This document shows positions 45,752 to 52,650 of a stretch of 64,000 bases of DNA, piece by piece. The translations under genes were made by a program, and so were the position numbers. The number at the start of each line of letters is the position of its first letter. The first letter of the stretch is position 1. The notes beneath the pieces are model-generated. The model did not search any database. It was given only the letters and a program-made list of their open reading frames with translations, and was not told the origin of the DNA. Origin of the DNA: Patescibacteria group bacterium (lineage in GTDB: Bacteria; Patescibacteriota; Minisyncoccia; Minisyncoccales; Staskawiczbacteraceae); contig JBBTVX010000001.1 of assembly GCA_038063015.1 (NCBI GenBank), forward strand, positions 2,772 through 66,771, given 5' to 3'.

Positions 45752-47562
45752 TTTTTGATTGCCCAAAAAGTAAGCTCTCCCTGCATTAAACCAAAATCTC
45801 CATTATAGTTTAAGGGTATGCTTAATTTAACCGGCAAAATTTTACTTTGACTTTTCTCTATTTCAGCAGAGAAAATTCGCCAAGATTGCCCCTCTATATC
45901 TAAATTATCCCGAAAAATATTAGCCCCGCCAACCTCTGTTTCTAAATAAATTCCACTATCTTTGTTGTTAATGGTTAAATTTTGAGCAGAATTTCCTCCT
46001 GGTTTCAATTTTCCAAAATCCAACATATCCGGACTCACTGAAAAACTAATTCCGTCTTGGTCTCCCCCTGGTAAAACCTTAATTTTTTCAATTTCCACTT
46101 TTAACCCTACCTGATGGCTTGCAGGAGCTTCGCCTGCTGTTAAATTTACTTTTTTGCTTCTAATATAACCTATTTCGTTTATAATCTGGTTTTCAACAAA
46201 TATCTGATGAAAGCCCCCCTCTAATCCGTCTAAAGAAACCTTAACCTTGCCAAAATTATCTGTTATTAATTCCGAAAGTCCGATTTTCACCTTTATCCCT
46301 TCTTTTTCTAAGTTTTGCCAACTACTTATTTCAGGATTATAGTATTTAACCTGAACTTCGGCTGAATCCTCGGTTTTAGTAAGCGCTATCTTGGTTTGAA
46401 ACCAACCTTTTTCCAGCCACTCTCCGGTAAACCACAAAACTTCGTCTCCGGATTCTAAATAATAACTGTCTGCTCCTATTGTGGGAGAAATATTGTTTAC
46501 CATATACATCCAGCTGTCCTGGCCGTTTATTTTTGCCAAATAAAAACCCATTCCAGGGTATTCGCTGATTAAATAATCGTAATTACATGTTTCAGAGCCA
46601 TTAATTATCAAATCCAAAGCAGTTGCTCCGCTTATTCTTCTGTCGCAAATGGTGCTGTCTTTACCTTCAATTCTTAAATATTTTAGATTAGAATCTGTTG
46701 AAACCGGGTAAAACTTTTTTGATAAAGCGATTAAAGCATATGAACTGCAAGATTTGTTGTCCCCTTCAGACTGCCACCAAAAACCTCCGTCTGCGTCTTG
46801 CAAGGAAATAAGATGATTAAGGGGATTTTTCCCGTTTTTCACCCAATTTGAACTAATGGGCCCCTGACCCAATTTATAAATAGCTGAAATTATCCAAGCG
46901 TCGGAACAGGAATCGGAAGGAGACGCCGCAGAATAAGGAAACCCTCCGTCGTCATTCTGCTGAGATTTCAAATAATTAATCGCGTTCTGGACAGCAGATG
47001 AAGAAGGGAAAACTCCCGCCTCTAACAAAGCCATAATGGCCGACGCCGTGTCATTAGTGTCAGAAGAGGAAGAAATATTATAACTCCATCCGCCGTCTGA
47101 ATTTTGATGGTTCAAAATATAATTTTTAGCGTCTTGAACCATTACTGAATTTCCTTGGCCAACCGAACCCAATGCCGAAATCGCCCAAATATCATCATTG
47201 ATTAAATCTTTATCGCCGAATTGGCTATCTTGATAAAAACTTTTAAGTTTCTCTACATAATTTTCACTCCCAAAATTAACAGGACTTTTGCCGGCTGCCG
47301 TTAAAGCCAAAATATACTTGGCGTAAGTGGCAATGGATTCTTGTCCGGAAGGAATAGATTTAAGATAATCTAAACTGGCTTCAGTTTCTCCCGCCCCGGC
47401 TAAGGCCATAGTATTCCAAGCGGTTTGAGGCTGAGATTTAATATAATTAACAACTTTATCAATTTCTGATTGGTTTTCCGCCTTAATTTCAAAAAAATTG
47501 CTAAATCCAATCAAACCGGCTGAAATCACAGCTAAAAAAACTATTAAAATTTTCTTTTTCAT
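45748..47562 (-). CDS. Secreted alpha/alpha-toroid (prenyltransferase/squalene-cyclase repeat) plus DUF4430 plus Ig-like-tail protein; candidate extracellular cobalamin binder
   Basis: Signal peptide. Repeats are DGGWSYN...DTASAIMAL, DDGGFPYS...DAWIISAI and ADGGFWWQ...SSYALIAL. Then YPGMGFYLAKINGQDSWMYMVNNISPTIGADSYYLESGDEVLWF (DUF4430). Confidence 0.6.
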   Translation of the reverse strand: MKKKILIVFLAVISAGLIGFSNFFEIKAENQSEIDKVVNYIKSQPQTAWNTMALAGAGETEASLDYLKSIPSGQESIATYAKYILALTAAGKSPVNFGSENYVEKLKSFYQDSQFGDKDLINDDIWAISALGSVGQGNSVMVQDAKNYILNHQNSDGGWSYNISSSSDTNDTASAIMALLEAGVFPSSSAVQNAINYLKSQQNDDGGFPYSAASPSDSCSDAWIISAIYKLGQGPISSNWVKNGKNPLNHLISLQDADGGFWWQSEGDNKSCSSYALIALSKKFYPVSTDSNLKYLRIEGKDSTICDRRISGATALDLIINGSETCNYDYLISEYPGMGFYLAKINGQDSWMYMVNNISPTIGADSYYLESGDEVLWFTGEWLEKGWFQTKIALTKTEDSAEVQVKYYNPEISSWQNLEKEGIKVKIGLSELITDNFGKVKVSLDGLEGGFHQIFVENQIINEIGYIRSKKVNLTAGEAPASHQVGLKVEIEKIKVLPGGDQDGISFSVSPDMLDFGKLKPGGNSAQNLTINNKDSGIYLETEVGGANIFRDNLDIEGQSWRIFSAEIEKSQSKILPVKLSIPLNYNGDFGLMQGELTFWAIKK

Positions 47563-47565
47563 AAA

Positions 47566-47802
47566 AAAAAATCCCTTTTCGAGAGGGAAAGTTTGCCTAA
47601 TCTAAAAATTAGACGCTCTTTTCTTTGCTCGAAGAAAGTTAAGTTAATTATAATTATTAAAAATTAATGGTATTCTGGCTTTACCCTGTTAAATAGCGCT
47701 TTGCGCTAATTTCACGAAGTGAAATTATTTAACTGGGTTTACAGTTGCGGCACAGCCCCGGACTTTCCCGCTAAAGCGGAATCACCGGTGTTTCCCATTT
47801 AT
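47566..47802 (-). ncRNA. Cobalamin (B12) riboswitch with expression platform
   Basis: The minus-strand RNA reads GGGAAACACCGGUGAUUCC...GGGGCUGUGCCGCAACUGUAA...AAGCCAGAAUACC (B12-box-like), matching the conserved cobalamin-aptamer core. It ends in UCCCU-CUCGAAA-AGGGA plus U9 directly abutting the AUG at 47562. That hairpin can act as a terminator or sequester the AAGGGA ribosome-binding site. Confidence 0.75.
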
Positions 47803-47808
47803 TTATTT

Positions 47809-47836
47809 ATTTTATCTTTTTTTACAAAGCTGTCAA
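47809..47836 (-). promoter_or_regulatory. Sigma-70-like promoter for the riboswitch leader
   Basis: The minus strand reads TTGACA (47836-47831), a 16-nt spacer and TAAAAT (47814-47809). It lies in the last codons and stop region of the upstream radical SAM gene. Confidence 0.35.
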
Positions 47837-49798
47837 TACTCTCATCTTATTTTTGAGCATATCCACGCCGCCTGTTTCTAAAAATTGGACAATATTTTTT
47901 GAAGATAAGTCTTTTTTTCCGTCTGGGCTTAAATGAAGCCTGCAAAAAGAAACAAATTCTTGAGGCCGATAAATTTCTAATTCAATGACATCTTTGTTGG
48001 CAAATTTGGGGTCGCCAGTTATAATTGAAATAATCTCGCCCGGATATTTTTTAATTATTTTTTTCTCGTCTTCCAAAAAATCTTTACAAATTAAAAGGTC
48101 TGAAAGTTCAATTATATTATTCATAACAACCTGGTTAAAAATATTTTTCAATCTGAGTTTTTCGGTTGCAATGGTTTCTATTTCTTTTTGTAAAGCTTCA
48201 ATAATTTTTAAATCTTGATACGCTAATGCGACATAAAAAAGATTTAATTTTATAAAAGTATTAACCAAATTGTTAAAATTTTCTGGTTGCTCGTAGAAAA
48301 AAATCATTTCTTCTTTTGTTTCAAACCATTCTTCCATAGATTCTTTTTTTATACGGTCAAAAAAATTTCTCAAAATAGAATTTTTGGTCCGAGAAAGCTC
48401 ATCTATAATTATTTCCGGATTAATTCCTTGTTTTTTAGCTAATAAAAAAACTGGTTTAAATATACCCATATTCCAATTAAAAAGAATAAGCCAGTGATGA
48501 ATTTTAAAGTTGTTCAATTCTTCCTCTGACATATCTTTTGTGGCTCTTACAGACTCTTCTATCTCAAATACTATCCTATTATCGTATTTGCCATAAGCGC
48601 CGAAAATCGGCCTGTATTTAGTTTTGACTCCATATTGTTGGCGATATTCATCGCTTTCATATTTTGTGCCTTGCAAGAGCGTAATATTTAACATGCTGAT
48701 ATAATCAAACCCCATATCAAAAGCGGATGCGAGAGTATTATAGTGGCTCTTCGCGCTCTCGCCTGGCAATCCTATAAGAATATCTGTTCGCACCTCAAGA
48801 TTTTTTTTGTGGAAGTAATTAAGCTGTTCCGTTATGCCGCTCATTTTTATGGCGCCCCTGCCAATATTATCAAGAACTTTCGGGTCCGCCGATTGTATGG
48901 CAATTAATCCTTTATTATTTTCTCCTAAAATTTCTGAAATTTCTATGTTTCGGCTAACCGTGTTTTTTGACTGCCAAACAGTTACATCTGCGGGGTATCC
49001 TTTTTTATCCATAACTTCACGCACTTTTTTTGCAATTTCCAAGTCTCTTGGCAAGATTCCGAAATTACTGTCGCAAAATATCCAAGCAGGCTGACCTGCT
49101 GATTTCTCAGCTATGTATTCAATTTCTTTTAAGACCTGGTCAAGCGGCCTTATTCTTATTTTTGAAAGCATCGTCCCCCAGGCGCAATAAACGCACCGAA
49201 AGGGACATCCTCTATTAGTTTCTATAAGAGGAATCATATTAGGGTCGGCCAAAAATTGGTCTAGCCATCCCGTAAGGTATGGACTCGGCTGGTTTATTTC
49301 CATACTTTTTTGGTCAGGCGGTTTTGGGGCATAAAAAAACTCTCCGTCAATAATAACGGCGCAGCCTGAAGGATGCGGCTTGACGCATCCTCCCAAAATT
49401 TCGCTTATAATTTTTGCAAAAGTTTCCTCGCCTTCGTTTATTATGCAATAATCAAGATTTTTATGATTAGTGAGAAATTTTTCAATATCGGCTGGCTCTG
49501 TCCTAATGTTTGGTCCGCCCATTGCTGTTAATGTTTTGGAATTTAAACGTTTGACCATATCTAAAAAAAGAAAATCAAGTCTCTCGTTCCAACTGTAATG
49601 GCTCAAAGCTAAAATGTCCGGAGGGTTTTCAAGAAGAGCTTTTTCAAGAACATCCGGATATTTAAAAAGTTTAATATTAACTTCCGACCCGAATTTTTCT
49701 TTAAGAAATGATGCCACATACCCTATGTTTAAAGGCACGACGTAATCTGTCTTAACGGTGTTGTATACTAAGTCGGCAAGATATATGTTTATAGCCAT
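47822..49798 (-). CDS. Class B (cobalamin-binding domain) radical SAM enzyme, large form (658 aa)
   Basis: N-terminal B12-binding-like region (DILALSHYSWN...AMGGPN), the motif NRGCPFRCVYCAWG, and a C-terminal helical extension of about 250 aa. Confidence 0.75.
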   Translation of the reverse strand: MAINIYLADLVYNTVKTDYVVPLNIGYVASFLKEKFGSEVNIKLFKYPDVLEKALLENPPDILALSHYSWNERLDFLFLDMVKRLNSKTLTAMGGPNIRTEPADIEKFLTNHKNLDYCIINEGEETFAKIISEILGGCVKPHPSGCAVIIDGEFFYAPKPPDQKSMEINQPSPYLTGWLDQFLADPNMIPLIETNRGCPFRCVYCAWGTMLSKIRIRPLDQVLKEIEYIAEKSAGQPAWIFCDSNFGILPRDLEIAKKVREVMDKKGYPADVTVWQSKNTVSRNIEISEILGENNKGLIAIQSADPKVLDNIGRGAIKMSGITEQLNYFHKKNLEVRTDILIGLPGESAKSHYNTLASAFDMGFDYISMLNITLLQGTKYESDEYRQQYGVKTKYRPIFGAYGKYDNRIVFEIEESVRATKDMSEEELNNFKIHHWLILFNWNMGIFKPVFLLAKKQGINPEIIIDELSRTKNSILRNFFDRIKKESMEEWFETKEEMIFFYEQPENFNNLVNTFIKLNLFYVALAYQDLKIIEALQKEIETIATEKLRLKNIFNQVVMNNIIELSDLLICKDFLEDEKKIIKKYPGEIISIITGDPKFANKDVIELEIYRPQEFVSFCRLHLSPDGKKDLSSKNIVQFLETGGVDMLKNKMRVLTAL

Positions 49799-49799
49799 A

Positions 49800-51473
49800 T
49801 TAAGATTTAAGAAACTGATTGAAATCTTTTATAATTGGATTATCCCAAGATAAATACTTAGAAAAAGTTTCGGAAAGCTCTTCGTCTTTGAAAAGATTTT
49901 TGGCTATATTATAATGCTCTTCATATTCAGAATAACAATTTTTTTGCTTATAAATGTGCCCCATAACTAAATGCAGAATGATGTGTTCCGGCATTGCCAG
50001 TGAAAAATCTTTGAAAAATTTCAAAAGTTCGTCTCGCCCGTCCGCGGTTTCAAGAGAGGGATTATTAAGAAAATTCATCTCAATATTGGCATCATATATA
50101 ATTGCCTGCAGTTGATTGTAATTCCATTGGTCTGATTTTAAATAGTCGCATCGCCGATTATCAAATTTATCTAAATTGTCTTCGGGGAAAACTAATAAAT
50201 CAGCGCTCTTTGCCTCGTCAAACATCTGTGTTCCGGGATAAGGCAAAACGGTGGCAAATTGGTTCCAATTAGCTTTTAACTCGCGGGCGAAACTAAAAGT
50301 GCTGTTAATTTGAGCCATCGTTTCATTCGGAAATCCCACCATCCAGCAAATGCTAACATGAACGCCGTGAGATTTCATCATTTTTACCACCTCTCTTACT
50401 TTATCAAAATTCAGAAATTTATTGATGCGTTTTTGCATCTCGGGAGAACCCGACTCAACGGCTATGGCAAACTTGCTCATACCCGCCTCAATTAATAAAC
50501 TTACTATTTCTTCGTCTAAATGCTTGACTGAAAAATTTAAAACCTTTAGCTCCAGGGGCAACTTCATGTTTATTATTCTGGTCAAAAAATCCTTAATCCA
50601 GTCTTTGGAGAAAGAAAGATTATCGTCTGTAAAATATAAAGTTTTAACACCATTGTATCTTTTTTTTATTTCTAATATCTCTTTTATCAAATTTTCAACC
50701 GGCTTGTAGCGAATCTGTCCGCCCCAAAAAAGAAAAGTTGTGCAATAATAACAACGATACGGACAGCCCCTGCTTCCTTCTGTCGGCAACGCGCTGTCCC
50801 CGCTCTTTTTGAAATACTCCTCTATATTTAAATAATTCCAAGCCGGCATTGGCAAGTCGCTTAAGTTAATAAAATTACACCCTCCTTTGACAATATTAAT
50901 TTCTCCTTTTTCATTTTTTGTCGCATATGACCCGGAAGGAAATTTTTTATCAAATTCAGCGTCTTGATGATTATTGTATTTATTAAGAATATGTAAAAAA
51001 GTGGTTTCCCCTTCTCCTATTATCGCGTCATCAATATCATATTTTGTCAGGCATCTCTCGGGAAAAAGGGTAGAATATCCCCCGCCGATAATTATTTTTG
51101 CTTCAGGATGAAATTTTCTTGATAATTTCACGGCATCGTCAACCCACCTTTCATTAAAAACATACATCACCGACAGAGATAAAACATCGTAATCGTTATT
51201 CTGAATAACTTCAGCTAACAAATTGGGAAAAACAGATGTGTCTACCGGAATTTCAGGTTCGGTATAAGCCTCTAAATTTAAATCTACGGCTTTTATTTTA
51301 TAATCGCAGGTTTTATATTTATCCACAAAAGCGCACAATACCGGCAAAGCCAAAGTGGGAATTGGTCTAAACGGGTTTTTAGTTCTGAAGCTATCTTCGC
51401 TCGGAGTGTCCGGATGGGAACACATAGGAAGCTTTAAAAGAAAGATTGATTTAAATTGTTTTTTTTCCGTCAT
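49800..51473 (-). CDS. Class B (cobalamin-binding domain) radical SAM enzyme (557 aa)
   Basis: DVLSLSVMYVF...IIGGGYST B12-binding-like region, SRGCPYRCYYCTT, and a C-terminal helical extension. Confidence 0.75.
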   Translation of the reverse strand: MTEKKQFKSIFLLKLPMCSHPDTPSEDSFRTKNPFRPIPTLALPVLCAFVDKYKTCDYKIKAVDLNLEAYTEPEIPVDTSVFPNLLAEVIQNNDYDVLSLSVMYVFNERWVDDAVKLSRKFHPEAKIIIGGGYSTLFPERCLTKYDIDDAIIGEGETTFLHILNKYNNHQDAEFDKKFPSGSYATKNEKGEINIVKGGCNFINLSDLPMPAWNYLNIEEYFKKSGDSALPTEGSRGCPYRCYYCTTFLFWGGQIRYKPVENLIKEILEIKKRYNGVKTLYFTDDNLSFSKDWIKDFLTRIINMKLPLELKVLNFSVKHLDEEIVSLLIEAGMSKFAIAVESGSPEMQKRINKFLNFDKVREVVKMMKSHGVHVSICWMVGFPNETMAQINSTFSFARELKANWNQFATVLPYPGTQMFDEAKSADLLVFPEDNLDKFDNRRCDYLKSDQWNYNQLQAIIYDANIEMNFLNNPSLETADGRDELLKFFKDFSLAMPEHIILHLVMGHIYKQKNCYSEYEEHYNIAKNLFKDEELSETFSKYLSWDNPIIKDFNQFLKS

Positions 51474-51479
51474 ATTATT

Positions 51480-52421
51480 TTATGATTTTCCAAAAAATTT
51501 TCTAATAATTGTCTTTGCGATTTCTTTGTTAAAGGCGAATGCATAGGGCAATAATTTTGTTTTAAAATTAGCAGGCGGATATTCTTTAATTTCTGAAACA
51601 AATTTAAAATTAATATTATCATGTTTGGAAATAAAAGAAAGAAAATTATCCGCTAGGGAAATATAGTAAGGGTCGGCCATAACAGGAGAATGCAGGGCAA
51701 TATGAAATAATGGCGCGCCTTGTTCATGATATTCTTTGAAACAGGCCTTTAGCCAGGAAAAACCGTACTTTGGCGCGTCTTCTGGACCAGCTGTTCCTCT
51801 CAAAAACATCCGAGAAACCGGAACTATTAAAATAGGCATATCTCCTTTATTTTGATAATCGTCTATACTTGGTTTATAGGGCATACATATTCTAGGGAGC
51901 TTTGACCAATCCAAATAAGATAATTTAAAACCGGGATAGGCGGAACAATCGTGAGTAAAACCCAATTCTGTGAGAATCTTTACCGTATCATTATTCAGAG
52001 ACCATCTGCCGGCAACAAAAACCTTGGGCTCAATTCCTAATGATCTTTTTAGCCGTTCCTTCCCCGTCTTTATCATATCAAGTTGTTCCGGATAAGAATA
52101 ATCCTGCAAGGCGCTGGAAACCGATGCCTGTTTGCAATGTTCCTTAAGATATTGGTCGCCCACATGCCATTTTAATCCAACTCTCTCAAATTCTTCCCAT
52201 CCCGGATGAATATGAAGACCGACTTCTTGTCCTGTGTTTTTAGGAAAATAATCAACAACTTCCGGACAAACGACAAAGGTTATTTTTGCCCCGTATTTTT
52301 TTGCTAATCTAACTAAATTCGGCGCTCCGTCTTTTACTCCCTGAAAAGCTTTTTTATCAAAAATCATTCTTTTATTTCTTATAAAACCGAATTCTGTATG
52401 GCAAACTATAATTATGTCCAT
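51480..52421 (-). CDS. Hypothetical protein, possibly of the polysaccharide-deacetylase / glycoside-hydrolase-57-like barrel superfamily
   Basis: 313 aa with CHTEFG, GLHIHPGW and FVAGRWS. There is only weak by-eye resemblance to metal-dependent carbohydrate deacetylases. Confidence 0.3.
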   Translation of the reverse strand: MDIIIVCHTEFGFIRNKRMIFDKKAFQGVKDGAPNLVRLAKKYGAKITFVVCPEVVDYFPKNTGQEVGLHIHPGWEEFERVGLKWHVGDQYLKEHCKQASVSSALQDYSYPEQLDMIKTGKERLKRSLGIEPKVFVAGRWSLNNDTVKILTELGFTHDCSAYPGFKLSYLDWSKLPRICMPYKPSIDDYQNKGDMPILIVPVSRMFLRGTAGPEDAPKYGFSWLKACFKEYHEQGAPLFHIALHSPVMADPYYISLADNFLSFISKHDNINFKFVSEIKEYPPANFKTKLLPYAFAFNKEIAKTIIRKFFGKS

Positions 52422-52433
52422 TTATTATAACTC

Positions 52434-52610
52434 TTCCTTGAATTATGAAATGACCATTTTAAAATATAAGTTTTTGCTATTTATTGCTAATTTTACCCCT
52501 GACTGCGTAAAAACTTTAAAATGTAAGCGTAGCTACATTTTAAAGTTTTTCCTTCGCCAGAGGCAAAATTCCCTAATAAATAGCTAAAAATCATTTCGTA
52601 ATTCAAGGAA
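52434..52610. repeat. Large imperfect palindrome (about 177 bp) filling the divergent intergenic region
   Basis: Outer arms: ttccttgaattatgaaatga (52434-52453) pairs with tcatttcgtaattcaaggaa (52591-52610), with 1 mismatch in 20. Middle arms: tttttgctatttatt / aataaatagctaaaaa. Central perfect 17-bp arms: aaaaactttaaaatgta (52509-52525) / tacattttaaagttttt (52534-52550) around an 8-nt loop. Confidence 0.85.
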
Positions 52611-52650
52611 CTATTGTATTTCTTAATAAATCTTTATATCATAAATTACA

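Noticed and set aside
45748-47562. Prenyltransferase/squalene-hopene-cyclase repeat protein as a terpene cyclase
   Set aside because: It has a signal peptide, only a few toroid repeats, a fused DUF4430 domain and a cobalamin riboswitch leader. An extracellular binding protein is more likely than a cytoplasmic or membrane cyclase.
47740-47775. RNase P-like string GGGAAAGUCCGGGG on the minus strand
   Set aside because: Only this one short resemblance to the RNase P CR-I motif exists. The surrounding sequence matches the cobalamin riboswitch core and B12 box, and no P4 partner (ACAGAA..GGCUUA-like) is present.
51319-51327. DnaA-box-like TTATCCACA, and the strand switch at 52.4-52.65 kb, as a replication origin
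   Set aside because: There is a single box, located inside a radical SAM coding sequence. The palindromic intergenic region contains no DnaA boxes, and no dnaA or dnaN is nearby.
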